NCBI GenBank assembly: GCA_001898505.1
Contig: MKTZ01000021.1
Coordinates: 39,151-103,150, forward strand
Reading direction: 5' to 3'
From: Sphingobacteriales bacterium 50-39
Lineage (GTDB): Bacteria; Bacteroidota; Bacteroidia; Chitinophagales; Chitinophagaceae
Length of the DNA: 64,000 nucleotides
The notes below the pieces were generated by a model. It ran no database searches, was not told the DNA's origin, and was given only the letters and a program-made list of their open reading frames with translations. This document shows positions 1-10,910 of the stretch, one piece after another. A program made the translations under genes and the position numbers. The first letter of the stretch is position 1. The number at the start of each line of letters is the position of its first letter.

Positions 1-303
1 CCTTTGGAAAAGCTGAATGAAAAGGATTTGTAGGTGAGGCCTACGCCCAGGCTCAATGGTTTGTTGACGGGGTAGCTCATGAGGGCGATGCCTGCCGGAG
101 GCTCCATCTTGAATTGCAGATAGCTTCTGGAAAGATATGTCCGGGCGATGATGGTCCCTGAGAAGCTTCGGTAATAGGTAGTATCATGATCGGGCGCCAA
201 TGTCTGTGCTGCAGCCTTTCCGGGGGCTCCGGGATTTTGCTGGGCGCTGGCTCCGCCAAATATCAATAGACTCACTAGCAGCAGATAAGGGTTACGATTC
301 ATA
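1..303 (-). CDS. hypothetical secreted protein, N-terminal part only (gene runs off the left edge of the window)
   Basis: ATG at 301-303 on the minus strand opens a frame that stays open to position 1. Product begins MNRNPYLLLVSLLIFGGASAQ (signal-peptide-like), followed by Tyr/Ser-rich sequence. Confidence 0.4.
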
Positions 304-324
304 ACGGAAATTATGAATTATTCC

Positions 325-1119
325 TCAAAATGCGGACCTCACCAGGCCGCCTTCGACCCGGATGGCTGCTCCATTGGTGGCGGCGGCCAGCGGGCTGGCC
401 AGGTATACTGCCATATGGGCGACCTCTTCGGGTGTGGCAAAGCGCTGAATGAGGGAGGTCGGTCTGAACTGCTGGAAGAACTTCTTTTCTATTTCGCCCA
501 ATCCAACACCCTCTTGTTCCGCCAGCGCGGTTACAAAATCACCTACGCCACGGGAAGAGGTGGGTCCTGGTAAAATACTATTCACGGTGACATTTGTGCC
601 CTTGGTCAATTCCGCCAACCCTCTTCCAATGGCTATCTGCGCCGTCTTTGTCATCCCATAATGGATCATCTCGTCGGGTATAAAAACTCCCGACTCGCTG
701 GAGACGAAGATGATCCTTCCCCAATTCTTTTTCAACATGGAGGGGAAGAGTTTTCGGGCCAGCCGGACGCCGCTCATGACATTCACGTCAAAAAATCTGA
801 ACCAGTCCTCGTCGGGGATATCGACAAAAGGTTTTGGCTCGAAGATGCCGACATTATTGATAAGAATATCTATTTCGGGGAGTTCATTCAATAGGCGCTC
901 GACTTCTTCTTTTTTTCCAAAGTCTGCGGCAATCCCAGACACCCTGGCATGGGGAATGGAGTGTTTTAGCGTGGCGATGGTCTTGTCTACTGCTGCTTTT
1001 GTTCTTCCGTTGATGATGACGGTGGCGTGTTCTTTGAGGAGCCCTTCTGCAATGGCCAGACCGATGCCGGCTGTCGAGCCGCTGATAAAGGCTTTTTTAT
1101 CCTGAAGCTGGAGATCCAT
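325..1119 (-). CDS. SDR family short-chain dehydrogenase/reductase
   Basis: 264-aa ORF with N-terminal GSTAGIGLAIA Rossmann motif. Catalytic YxxxK-like region (HYGMTKTA) present. Typical SDR length. Confidence 0.85.
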   Translation of the reverse strand: MDLQLQDKKAFISGSTAGIGLAIAEGLLKEHATVIINGRTKAAVDKTIATLKHSIPHARVSGIAADFGKKEEVERLLNELPEIDILINNVGIFEPKPFVDIPDEDWFRFFDVNVMSGVRLARKLFPSMLKKNWGRIIFVSSESGVFIPDEMIHYGMTKTAQIAIGRGLAELTKGTNVTVNSILPGPTSSRGVGDFVTALAEQEGVGLGEIEKKFFQQFRPTSLIQRFATPEEVAHMAVYLASPLAAATNGAAIRVEGGLVRSAF

Positions 1120-1240
1120 TTGTATTTAGTTTGGTAATAATACACGCAAGCGGGGGTTAATGTTCACTGACCAAAAATGCAGGAGAAGGAGTTTTCAATA
1201 TTTATTTACTAGTTTTAGCATTGGGCGAGACGCCAAACAT

Positions 1241-2278
1241 ATGAACAAAGCAAAAGAGGTAACCATTTACGACATAGCGGAAAAGCTGCATCTTTCCATT
1301 GCGACTGTAAGTCGTGGGTTAAAGAACAGCGAGACGGTGAATAAGCGGACCAGGAAGAGGATCATGGACCTGGCGGAGAAAATGGGATACCGGTCAAATC
1401 ATTTTGCCAGGAATCTCCGGCAGCAGCAGACCAATACCATTGGCGTTATTGTACATGAGTTGAACAGCAATTTTATGACCTCTGTGCTTACGGGCATTGA
1501 AAAGGTTACGGCAGAGGCGGGGTATGATATCATTATCGCGCATTCGTCGGAAAGTTTTACAAAAGAAGCTGCGAATGCAAAAAATCTTTTTCACAAAAGA
1601 GTAGACGGGCTGATCGCTTCGCTGTCCTTCGATACGGAGGGCCTGGACCACTTTTCGCCGTTCGTGAAAAAGGGGATACCCGTCATATTTTTTGACCGGG
1701 TGGAGAATAATGGCAATAACAGCGTTGTTATCATCGACAATTACAAGTGTGGCTACCAAGCCACGAGGCATTTGATCGAGCAGGGATGTTCGAGGATAGC
1801 TCATGTTACTTCGAGTCTGAACCGGAATGTCTATGAGCAGCGCTTTAAAGGTTATCGGGCCGCATTGTCGGACAGCGGGATCGCATTTGACGAACGCTGG
1901 GTAATGGTAAAAGATTTAAGCAAGCAGGCTGGCCTAGAATCGGCCCGGCAGATCCTCGATATGAGACCGTTGCCTGACGGCATTTTTTTCACCAATGATT
2001 TTGTGGCGTCTGTTTGTATGCGTGTCTTAAAGGCGGAGGGTATTGCCATTCCCGATGACATTGCCATCGTTGGATTTAATAATGATGCTATCAGCGATCT
2101 GATGGAACCTGCGCTGACCACGATCAACTATCCGGGGAAGGATATGGGTGAGATCGCCGCCAAAAATCTCATCAACCATTTAAAGGGAGTTTACGATATC
2201 AATCAAACAAACTGTATCATCGTTCGCGCTGAGCTGATCATCAGGCAATCGTCCCTAAAGAATAAGCCTGACCGCTGA
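1241..2278 (+). CDS. LacI family transcriptional regulator
   Basis: N-terminal HTH (VTIYDIAEKLHLSIATVSRGLKN) and a periplasmic-binding-fold sugar-binding core. The ORF is open from 1160, but the ATG at 1241 (MNKAKEVTIYD) is the likely start. Confidence 0.85.
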   Translation: MNKAKEVTIYDIAEKLHLSIATVSRGLKNSETVNKRTRKRIMDLAEKMGYRSNHFARNLRQQQTNTIGVIVHELNSNFMTSVLTGIEKVTAEAGYDIIIAHSSESFTKEAANAKNLFHKRVDGLIASLSFDTEGLDHFSPFVKKGIPVIFFDRVENNGNNSVVIIDNYKCGYQATRHLIEQGCSRIAHVTSSLNRNVYEQRFKGYRAALSDSGIAFDERWVMVKDLSKQAGLESARQILDMRPLPDGIFFTNDFVASVCMRVLKAEGIAIPDDIAIVGFNNDAISDLMEPALTTINYPGKDMGEIAAKNLINHLKGVYDINQTNCIIVRAELIIRQSSLKNKPDR

Positions 2279-2722
2279 GACGCTTTCTACGGCTTTATGA
2301 AAGGCAACCGGCCTTTAAAATCTCCATTTTTTTCCAGTGATCTCAACTACCTGGCATGTGCGAGGAGGGGGCCTTGTGCTCGATAGACTGCCTTTGGGAC
2401 GAGGAGGTTTTGGGGATTCCCGGGGTAGTGATCCTCCTCTAAGTTAGTGATACTTTTTTAGCCTAAAATGAGCAAAAACCGACCTTTTTTTAGTAATCCG
2501 TTACATTTTTTTGCAACTTTTAGCATACGGATTGGAAGATTGTTAAAACCATTTTGCAAATGATAATTAATTATTAAGATAGTAGTTAAATAATGTATGT
2601 GATCTAATTTCAATTTAAACTTCTGCAATTTGTTTAAATTTTATGCAATCGGTTTATTTTCCTAATTTGACGACGTCTTTTAATTAAGTAATAAAAAACC
2701 TATTACACTAATTGTTTGCTTT

Positions 2723-5700
2723 ATGAGAAAATACCAAACTGGCTTTGCACAGATTGCAAAGAACTGCTGCTTTCTAATCGCCTTTTTCTCACTTTCATTC
2801 AATCTTTTGGCTCAGGGACCTGTCAAAGGCAAGGTTTTAGACCCTTCAGGTAATCCATTAAGTGGCGCCTCGGTCATCGTAAAGGGGACTGCCAGGGGTA
2901 CGAGCACGGATGCTTCCGGTGTATTTACCATTAATGCAAGCCCCGGCGAGGTGCTGGAGTTTTCCATGGTTGGATTTCAGGTAGGCTCCGTGAAGGTCGG
3001 GGCCGGTGGCAGGGACATCAGTATTCAGCTTCAGACTAAGCTGAGCACCGTAGAGGAGGTCATCGTCATCGGTTATGGTACGCAAAAGCGTGCTAATGTG
3101 ACGGGCGCGATCTCGAGTGTAAACAGCAAGACCTTAAACGAGCTGCCCGTGCCCAGTGTTTCATCAGCATTGCAGGGACGTGTTCCCGGAGTGCAGGTAA
3201 CCAGCAACGGTAGCCCCGGTACAGATCCCATCGTGCGCATCAGGGGTATCAGCTCCATCTCTTATGCGTCCAACCCATTGTATGTAATAGATGGTCTTCC
3301 GACGGGCGACCTCTCTACCATCGATACAAGGGATATAGAGACGGTGGATGTGCTCAAAGATGCGTCCGCGGCCGCCATCTATGGATCGAGAGCTACCAAC
3401 GGCGTCATCATGATCACCACCAAAAAAGGCAGCAGGAGCGGCAAGCTGCGTGTCAGTCTTGATTCTTACGTCGGTACGTCGGATGTAACGAAAAGGCTGA
3501 GCCTGCTGAACACGGCGCAATTCCAGCAGTATGCCATCGCCTACAGGGGCAGCAACGTGCCAAGGCTTCTTGCACCCTGGGTGAACACACCTATCTACCA
3601 GGGCGCTTCACAAACCTATGGTCAGACGAATACGAATTGGCAGGATGCTTATTTCAAGCATGGCGCCATGACGCAGCATAATATCGGGCTCAGCGGGGGC
3701 AATGACGTATCCCGCTACTACGCTTCGGTAGGCTTCTTTGACCAGACGGGGATAGCGCCCAAGGTGGGCTACAAGCGATTCAACTTCCGGATAAATTCCG
3801 AGCACAATATCAGCAAGGTGTTCAATTTCGGAGAGAACCTGTACCTGGCCTCGGGCGAACAGGCATATGACAACAATGAAACGGGTTCCCGGACGAACCT
3901 GGTGAATGTCATCCGTATGATGCCTCACATGCCTGTTTATGATCCGACGACCTCGGACGGTTTCAGGGGTGTGAACTCTGTGCTGGATGGAGGCGACCCG
4001 ACCAACCCTGTAGAGGATGCCACGGTGAAAAATACCGGCACCCGGTCTACGGTAAAGATCCTGGGTTCGACATATGTAGAATTGAACTTTACCAAATGGC
4101 TGAAATTCCGCAGCACATTCGGCATCGACTATGCCAATGGCCTGGACAGTCGTTTCTTACCCATATTTAACGACAGCGGAACGATTGCCGGCTCCAGCGC
4201 CATACTGGCCGGCATTGTCAACAACCGCACTGTATCCACCGTGCAACTATATACGCAGCAGCTGACTTTCGACAAGACCTTCGGCGAGCATCACATTAAC
4301 GCCGTGGCGGTGTACGAGTACCTGCAGCAAAAAGTACATACGGAGAATGCAAGCGGCACCCAGGCCTCCAATAACCTCAAGACCCTGAACAACGCTTCGA
4401 ATCTTTCTATTCAGCAATTGTTCAATGAAGGTGATCTGATATCATACGTTGGCAGGTTGAGTTACGACTACAAAGGCAAATACCTGTTGAGCGGCGCCAT
4501 TCGCCGGGACGGTCTTTCGGTATGGGCGCCTGGAAAGAAATGGAAGGTCTTTCCTTCGGGAAGCATCGGCTGGCGTGTAGACCAGGAGCAGTTCATGCAG
4601 AGTCAGACGAGTATCTCTGAGCTGAAGGTCCGGGCCGGCTATGGCATCACCGGCCTGAATGGATTTGCATTAGGGTGGACGCCCTGGCAGGCCAGCATAA
4701 GCTCGAACAGCGCCTATTATCCTTTTGGGAATGTGTTCAACAACGGTCCGGCCTCTTCGCTTCAGTCGCTTGCCAACCCCGACCTGGAATGGGAAACGAC
4801 AAAATCCCTGAATATAGGCGTGGACCTCGGATTATTGAATAATAAGGTCACCCTTTCTGCCGAGTATTTCCGGCGTAAGACAGACAACCTGATCCTGGCT
4901 GTTCCTCTGCCTTCCTCGCTGGGTTATCTGACAAGCACGGTGCCTATCAATGTAGCTGGTATGAGCAATAACGGCTTCGAGCTGCAGGTGGGTTATAATA
5001 AGCGTGAAGGAGAGTTCAAATGGAATGCCAGCGCCCTGATCAGCGTCATCACCAACAACGTGACGAGACTGGCTCCCGGTGTCACCAGCATCGAAGCCGG
5101 CAATGATGCGGACTTGAGCGAAGGATATAATGTTACCAATACGATGGTCGGTCATCCCATCCAATCCTTTTATGGCTGGCAGGTGGAAGGTATCTTCCAG
5201 GATTCGGCGGATATAAAGAAACACGCCACGCAGACGGGTGGCACGGGTCCCGGCGATCTTAAATTCAAGGATGTGAACGGCGATGGCAAGATCGACAACA
5301 GTGACCGTACGTTCCTGGGCAGCTTCATCCCCAAGTTTACCTATTCCTTCAATTTCGGAGCAAACTATCATGGGTTCGATGCATCGTTGTTCTTCCAGGG
5401 CGTACAGGGCAACAAGATCTATAATGCGACCCGCACGATCTCCGAAGGCATGGTGCGTTTCTTCAATTCGAGTACAAAAGTATTGGATGCCTGGAGACCG
5501 GACCATACCAACACCAGCGTCCCCCGCGCCATAGGTTCGGACCCGAACCAGAACGCAAGGCCTTCCACCAGATTCCTCGAGGATGGGTCTTACCTGCGTC
5601 TGAAAAATCTGATGATAGGGTATACCATTCCAATGAACTCTTTGAACTCCTTGTCAAGGGGCGTAGTCAAGAGCTTCAGGGTCTATGTATCGGCACAAAA

Positions 5701-5845
5701 TGTCCTGACGGTCACGAAATATTCGGGTTTTGATCCTGAAGTAGGTAACAGGACGGTCAATACATCCGCGTTGACGAATGGCATCGATGCAGCTGTATAT
5801 CCTCAACCAAAATCTTATCAAGTAGGCATCCAGGCAAACTTCTAA
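2723..5845 (+). CDS. SusC/RagA family TonB-dependent outer-membrane receptor
   Basis: 1040 aa. Signal peptide, carboxypeptidase-regulatory-like N domain (GKVLDPSGNPLSGASVIVKG) and TonB-plug region (VIVIGYGTQKRANVTGAISSV). C-terminal beta-barrel ends in an aromatic residue (ANF). Immediately followed by a SusD homolog. Confidence 0.9.
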   Translation: MRKYQTGFAQIAKNCCFLIAFFSLSFNLLAQGPVKGKVLDPSGNPLSGASVIVKGTARGTSTDASGVFTINASPGEVLEFSMVGFQVGSVKVGAGGRDISIQLQTKLSTVEEVIVIGYGTQKRANVTGAISSVNSKTLNELPVPSVSSALQGRVPGVQVTSNGSPGTDPIVRIRGISSISYASNPLYVIDGLPTGDLSTIDTRDIETVDVLKDASAAAIYGSRATNGVIMITTKKGSRSGKLRVSLDSYVGTSDVTKRLSLLNTAQFQQYAIAYRGSNVPRLLAPWVNTPIYQGASQTYGQTNTNWQDAYFKHGAMTQHNIGLSGGNDVSRYYASVGFFDQTGIAPKVGYKRFNFRINSEHNISKVFNFGENLYLASGEQAYDNNETGSRTNLVNVIRMMPHMPVYDPTTSDGFRGVNSVLDGGDPTNPVEDATVKNTGTRSTVKILGSTYVELNFTKWLKFRSTFGIDYANGLDSRFLPIFNDSGTIAGSSAILAGIVNNRTVSTVQLYTQQLTFDKTFGEHHINAVAVYEYLQQKVHTENASGTQASNNLKTLNNASNLSIQQLFNEGDLISYVGRLSYDYKGKYLLSGAIRRDGLSVWAPGKKWKVFPSGSIGWRVDQEQFMQSQTSISELKVRAGYGITGLNGFALGWTPWQASISSNSAYYPFGNVFNNGPASSLQSLANPDLEWETTKSLNIGVDLGLLNNKVTLSAEYFRRKTDNLILAVPLPSSLGYLTSTVPINVAGMSNNGFELQVGYNKREGEFKWNASALISVITNNVTRLAPGVTSIEAGNDADLSEGYNVTNTMVGHPIQSFYGWQVEGIFQDSADIKKHATQTGGTGPGDLKFKDVNGDGKIDNSDRTFLGSFIPKFTYSFNFGANYHGFDASLFFQGVQGNKIYNATRTISEGMVRFFNSSTKVLDAWRPDHTNTSVPRAIGSDPNQNARPSTRFLEDGSYLRLKNLMIGYTIPMNSLNSLSRGVVKSFRVYVSAQNVLTVTKYSGFDPEVGNRTVNTSALTNGIDAAVYPQPKSYQVGIQANF

Positions 5846-5876
5846 AAAATCAGGAAACTATTGTAAAACAAATAAT

Positions 5877-7403
5877 ATGAGGCGTAATATAAATATACTG
5901 ATTGCCGCGATTATCCTGGGCGTAGCCACTATAATTGCGTGTAACAAACGATTGAATGTCTTTGACACTAATAACCCCACCACCGCCAGCTATTTCAAGA
6001 CGGCTGCAGAGCTGCGTAACGGCGTGAATGCTGTATATTCCAGCATGCGCGCGGGCAATCTCATAGGACGCGAGTGGTTCTTTACCCATGACATGCGGGG
6101 AGCGGAAACGAATGCGGGTGGTCCGCAGCTGGAGGCGCCGAGGGCCGAATTGATGAAACAGCCTTCTCCGGCCCCGTCCAATTCCGTTATGGGAAGTGTT
6201 TGGGCGGGCGCATATCAAATGATCAACAGAGCGAACCTTGTCATTTCGAAAGCTCCTGATATCAAGGATGATCCTGCGGCAAGGGATGTGATCGTCGGTG
6301 AAGCTGAATTTTTAAGGGCCTGGGCTTACTTCGAGCTGGCATCCATGTGGGGTGATGTGCCTCTGTACACCGAGCCTGTCACTACGGCTACGGGCTATAA
6401 GCCTCAGTCACCTGTTGCGGATATCTATAAGCAGATCATCGCCGACCTGACCGACGCTGCCGCCAAGCTGCCTACAGGACAGTCCAAAGACGGCAAGGCC
6501 AGCAAGGATGCCGCCAATACGCTGCTGGGCAAGGTGAATATGCAGAAAGGCGACTATGCGGCTGCCAAGGCAGCACTGCTGCAAGTGTATGGTAAATATA
6601 CCCTTGTCGACAATTTCCTGGATAATTTTGATGGGGACGTCGTGGTTGGGAGTGTTGCCTATGCACCCGGTTTTGGTCATGAATTCAACAGCGAGTCCAT
6701 TTTTGAAGTCGTCTTTGTGGACAAGGGCGACGACAACTTCAACTGGGGCTATACTGGCGAGGGCGCTTCGGCCGACGGAAGTATCATGCGCAGTCAAGAG
6801 TATGGCCTGGTCTGGGGTAATGTTGTCCCTTCCGATGGTATCCTCAATGAATTCGAGGCTGGAGATCCCCGATATAAAATGACCTTTTATGAGTCTGGCG
6901 ATTCTATATTGACTCGTAGTCTCAAAGAATCTCCTAAAGCGTTGACGGACGCCGGCATGAACGTAGCTACTAGCAACCATAACGGCGTAGTGAAGAAAAG
7001 AATTTATCGAAAATATTCTATTTTGGACTGGTCGGACGATGGGTTCCATCCCGATGGTATCAACCAGCGTATATTCCGTTATGCCGACGTGCTGCTCATG
7101 CTGGCAGAATGCGAAGCGGAAGTGGGGACACCGGCCCAGGCAGCCAGTTATATCAACGAGGTGCGTGCCCGTAAAAGCGTGAATATGACGCCCGTAGTCC
7201 TGACCAACCATGACCAGGCGATAGCCGCGGTGATGCATGAAAGGGCGGTTGAATTTGCCGGGGAAGAGATGAGTAACATCGACGTGCTGAGGTGGAGGGC
7301 CAAGAGCTATTATCCTTCCATCCGCCCTGATCCGAAACCAGGGCAGGTGGCTATGTTCCCCATCCCAACCAGCGAAACTTCTGCTAACCCCTCTATAAAA
7401 TAG
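5877..7403 (+). CDS. SusD/RagB family nutrient-binding outer-membrane lipoprotein
   Basis: 508 aa. Lipoprotein signal (IIAC) and TPR-like SusD fold motifs (FLRAWAYFELASMWGDVPL). Canonical position directly after SusC. Confidence 0.85.
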   Translation: MRRNINILIAAIILGVATIIACNKRLNVFDTNNPTTASYFKTAAELRNGVNAVYSSMRAGNLIGREWFFTHDMRGAETNAGGPQLEAPRAELMKQPSPAPSNSVMGSVWAGAYQMINRANLVISKAPDIKDDPAARDVIVGEAEFLRAWAYFELASMWGDVPLYTEPVTTATGYKPQSPVADIYKQIIADLTDAAAKLPTGQSKDGKASKDAANTLLGKVNMQKGDYAAAKAALLQVYGKYTLVDNFLDNFDGDVVVGSVAYAPGFGHEFNSESIFEVVFVDKGDDNFNWGYTGEGASADGSIMRSQEYGLVWGNVVPSDGILNEFEAGDPRYKMTFYESGDSILTRSLKESPKALTDAGMNVATSNHNGVVKKRIYRKYSILDWSDDGFHPDGINQRIFRYADVLLMLAECEAEVGTPAQAASYINEVRARKSVNMTPVVLTNHDQAIAAVMHERAVEFAGEEMSNIDVLRWRAKSYYPSIRPDPKPGQVAMFPIPTSETSANPSIK

Positions 7404-7433
7404 CAATCGTTTAGCTTTAGCTTTTATTTTGGA

Positions 7434-7458
7434 AAGAGGCTACTTGTTAGCCTCTTTC
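7434..7458 (+). terminator. hairpin after the SusD gene (possible intrinsic terminator, weak U-tract)
   Basis: aaagaggcta-cttgt-tagcctcttt forms a perfect 10-bp stem 30 nt after the SusD stop. It is followed by ctcctta rather than a clean T-run. Confidence 0.35.
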
Positions 7459-7473
7459 TCCTTATATTAATAT

Positions 7474-10400
7474 ATGATAGAAAGATCTTCTTTTGTCGCC
7501 CTTGTTTGTACAGCAGCACTTATTTTGTCAGCCTGTACCCATCCGCAAAAGAATACGCTGTTCACACAGCTGTCATCGGACCAGTCGGGTATCCATTTCC
7601 GCAACCAGGTGAATGATGTGGACAGCGCTACCTCCTTTATCAACGAGTTTGGCTATATGGGCGGGGGTGTGGGGATCGGTGATTTCAACAATGACGGGTT
7701 GAAGGATATATTCTTTTCCGCCAACCAGGTGAGCTGCCGTCTGTATATCAACAAGGGGAACAACCAGTTTGAAGACATAACGGAGCGGGCGGGCATAACG
7801 ACGAATGTATGGGCCACGGGTGTCAGCGTCGTTGACATCAACAATGACGGCTATGACGATATATATGTTTGCGTGCTGGGGAAGGACCTGCTGCACCCGG
7901 CGAAGAATCTACTATTTATCAACCAGCACAATCTCACTTTTAAAGAAGAGGCGGAAGAATATGGTCTGGCCTTTTCGGGCTATTCGACCCAGGCTGTCTT
8001 TCTTGATTATGACAAGGATGGGGACTTGGACATGTATCTCGTCAACTATTTGTTGGGGAACAACAGCAATTCCATCGTCCCCCGGGATATGAGCGGTCGA
8101 AGTCCTGCCAATGACAGATTGTTTAGGAATGACGGCTATTCAGCGGCGAAGGGTCATCCGGTGTTTAGTGACGTATCCATGCAGGCGGGCATCAAGGATG
8201 ACGGTTTTGGTCTGGGGGTGGCGGTGAGCGACTTCAATGGTGACGGCTGGCCTGATATCTATGTGGCGGATGATTTTATTTCCAATGACCTGTTGTGGCT
8301 GAACAATCACGACGGCACTTTTACCAATTGTATCGCCAGGGCCCTGCAGCATCAAAGTTATTCGAGCATGGGAGCGGACGCGGCGGATATCAATAACGAC
8401 GGATTGCCGGATCTCGTGACGCTGGACATGCTACCTGAATACAACCGGAGAAGGAAGGAGTCCTTTTCCTTTATGACCTATGACCGGTACCAAGCGGAGC
8501 GGGGAATGGGCTATGAACCGGAATTCATGCGCAATATGCTGCAGATAAACAATGGTTGTGTTCGTGCGGGCAATACGAGCATTCCTTATTTTAGCGAGAT
8601 AGGGCAACTGGCGGGTATCGAGGCGACGGACTGGAGCTGGAGTGTGCTGCTCGCGGACTTCGACAACGACGGGTGGAAGGATATCCATATCACCAATGGC
8701 ATCGGACGGGATTTTATCAACGCTGATTTTTTGGAGTTCAGCAGTAAAATATTCAACAGCAACAAAAGCAGGGCGGAACAGGAGGCGCTCATCCGGAAGG
8801 GACTGGCGGAGCTGGATCATGTCAACCTGCCCAATTATTTATTCCTTAACCAGCATGATCATACTTTCATAGATGCTTCGGCTTTCGCGGGTATTGACGA
8901 GCCGTCCATGTCCAATGGCGCGGTATATGCAGACCTGGATAATGACGGAGACCTGGACCTTGTGGTAAACAACATCAATAAGGAGGCCTTTGTATTTATC
9001 AACAATACGGTACAAAAAGGCAAGCCTGTCGAAAACCATTTTGTAAGTCTGGATCTGGTGGGGGACACCCTGAACAGGCATGGCTTTGGCGCCAGGGTGT
9101 GTGTATACAGTAATGGAAATATGCAAATGCAGGAGGAGAATCCGGTGCGGGGCTATTTTTCTTCCGTGGACCGGCAATTGCTTTTCGGGTTGGGGAAAAG
9201 CGGGAACATTGATTCTATTACAGTGCTTTGGCCGGATAGCAGCATCCAGGCGATCATGAACATCCACGCGGATACGTTCCTGACCTTGTCGTGGCGGGAT
9301 GCTGCAAAAGGACGAACGCCTTTGCGCCCGGATGGGGCGCAGCTGTTCTCGGATATAAGCGCCGCCTCGGGTATTGTCTACCGGCATCAGGAAAACATTT
9401 TTAATGATTTTGCTATGCAGCGGTTGCTGCCGCACAAATATTCTCAATTAGGACCTGGTATTGCTACGGGTGATATCAATAAGGATGGGGCTACGGACTT
9501 CTTTATTGGCGGGGCAACCGGCTTCTCAGGCAAGCTGTTTATGCAAGGGAAGGGTCAGGGGGAAGGACAAGGGAAGGGCCAGCTGCCGCAGCCAGGCAGG
9601 AAGATGCAGGATCGTCTATTTACGTCCAGGAACCTTGTAGATGGCGATAAGAAGGAGGAGGATATGGGGAGTGTCTTGTTTGACGCGGATGGGGATGGCA
9701 ATCTGGACCTGCTGGTTACGAGCGGCGATGTTCAATACGAGGACAGTTCGGTTTATTATAAACCCCGATTGTATATGGGTGATGGGAAGGGGAATTTTAG
9801 TTTGCGGGCGGATGCCATACCGGATGGGGTCCGGACGAGGGCCGGCTGCGTAGCAGCCGGCGACCTGGATGGGGATGGCGATCTGGACTTATTTATCGGG
9901 GGCCGGGTTTCGGGGCAGTATCCTTTATCTCCCCGCAGCTATATTTTGAGGAATAATAAGGGGGTTTTTACAGACGTCACGGCGCAGGTTTGCCCCGCGC
10001 TGGAAAAGGGAGGTATGATAACGTCGGCGGTATGGGCGGATATCGATAATGACAAGCAGCTGGACCTGGTGGTCACCGGGGAGTGGATGCCTGTTCGATG
10101 GTTTAAGAATGATCATGGTGTTCTGCATGAGGCGACCAGCTCAATGGGGCTGACCAATATGAATGGCATGTGGAGAAGCCTTATTGCAACGGACATCGAC
10201 AATGATGGCGATATCGACCTTGTCGCTGGCAATCTGGGTCTGAACTGCGACTACCATGTCAGTGCGGCGATGCCTATGGAACTGTTTGCGGCGGACATCG
10301 ATGGTAACGGGCGAATAGACCCGGTGATGTTCTATTATATAAAGGACGCGGATGGTGTGCGGCGGTCTTATCCGGCATTCAGCAGGGCGCAGCTTGCCAT

Positions 10401-10890
10401 GCAGGTGCCTGCCGTTAAGAAAAAATTTCTCCTCAATGACGACTATGCCCGGGCAGGTTTTGAGGACATCTTTCCGGGGAAGACAAAGGCGGATGTGCTG
10501 CATTTCTTTTGTGATGAGACCCGGAGCTGCTGGTTCGAGAATGTTGGGAACGGACGATTTGTGAAACATCCGCTGCCGGTGGAGGCGCAGTTTGCACCGG
10601 TGAACGCTATCATATGCGAGGATATCGACAATGACGGGTATAAGGATCTGCTGCTGGCGGGAAACGATTATCAAACGGATGTTATCACGGGGAGATATGA
10701 TGCATCGTATGGCTGTTTCCTGCGGGGCAGCAATAAGGGGGAATTTATAGCCGTGCCGCCGGATAAGAGTGGATTTGTGGTGAGGGGTGATGTGAAGGAT
10801 ATGGCCCTTATCCGGCTGGCGAAAGGGAAGCGAATCGTCGTCGCTGCTGTCAATGACGATAGTGTCCGGACGTTCAGGATCAATAATTGA
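7474..10890 (+). CDS. FG-GAP/VCBS-repeat lipoprotein with ASPIC-UnbV C-terminal domain (CRTAC1 family)
   Basis: 1138 aa. Lipoprotein signal (LILSAC). Many DxNxDGxxD calcium-binding FG-GAP-like repeats. Low-complexity GKGQGEGQGKGQ linker mid-protein. UnbV/ASPIC-like C-terminus. Confidence 0.8.
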   Translation: MIERSSFVALVCTAALILSACTHPQKNTLFTQLSSDQSGIHFRNQVNDVDSATSFINEFGYMGGGVGIGDFNNDGLKDIFFSANQVSCRLYINKGNNQFEDITERAGITTNVWATGVSVVDINNDGYDDIYVCVLGKDLLHPAKNLLFINQHNLTFKEEAEEYGLAFSGYSTQAVFLDYDKDGDLDMYLVNYLLGNNSNSIVPRDMSGRSPANDRLFRNDGYSAAKGHPVFSDVSMQAGIKDDGFGLGVAVSDFNGDGWPDIYVADDFISNDLLWLNNHDGTFTNCIARALQHQSYSSMGADAADINNDGLPDLVTLDMLPEYNRRRKESFSFMTYDRYQAERGMGYEPEFMRNMLQINNGCVRAGNTSIPYFSEIGQLAGIEATDWSWSVLLADFDNDGWKDIHITNGIGRDFINADFLEFSSKIFNSNKSRAEQEALIRKGLAELDHVNLPNYLFLNQHDHTFIDASAFAGIDEPSMSNGAVYADLDNDGDLDLVVNNINKEAFVFINNTVQKGKPVENHFVSLDLVGDTLNRHGFGARVCVYSNGNMQMQEENPVRGYFSSVDRQLLFGLGKSGNIDSITVLWPDSSIQAIMNIHADTFLTLSWRDAAKGRTPLRPDGAQLFSDISAASGIVYRHQENIFNDFAMQRLLPHKYSQLGPGIATGDINKDGATDFFIGGATGFSGKLFMQGKGQGEGQGKGQLPQPGRKMQDRLFTSRNLVDGDKKEEDMGSVLFDADGDGNLDLLVTSGDVQYEDSSVYYKPRLYMGDGKGNFSLRADAIPDGVRTRAGCVAAGDLDGDGDLDLFIGGRVSGQYPLSPRSYILRNNKGVFTDVTAQVCPALEKGGMITSAVWADIDNDKQLDLVVTGEWMPVRWFKNDHGVLHEATSSMGLTNMNGMWRSLIATDIDNDGDIDLVAGNLGLNCDYHVSAAMPMELFAADIDGNGRIDPVMFYYIKDADGVRRSYPAFSRAQLAMQVPAVKKKFLLNDDYARAGFEDIFPGKTKADVLHFFCDETRSCWFENVGNGRFVKHPLPVEAQFAPVNAIICEDIDNDGYKDLLLAGNDYQTDVITGRYDASYGCFLRGSNKGEFIAVPPDKSGFVVRGDVKDMALIRLAKGKRIVVAAVNDDSVRTFRINN

Positions 10891-10910
10891 ACTTCTTCTA
10901 AAATAACTGT

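Noticed and set aside
2280-2345. Hairpin aaaggc-aaccg-gccttt after the LacI gene as a terminator
   Set aside because: The stem is only 6 bp and the T-run lies ~20 nt downstream rather than adjacent. This is too weak to call.
6408-7406. 332-aa minus-strand ORF inside the SusD gene, plus similar long antisense ORFs inside the FG-GAP genes (e.g. 8839-9447, 10141-10674, 12168-12791)
   Set aside because: They are shadow ORFs fully embedded antisense in strongly supported CDSs. They lack start context and are rich in Arg/His, as typical of antisense frames in GC-moderate DNA.
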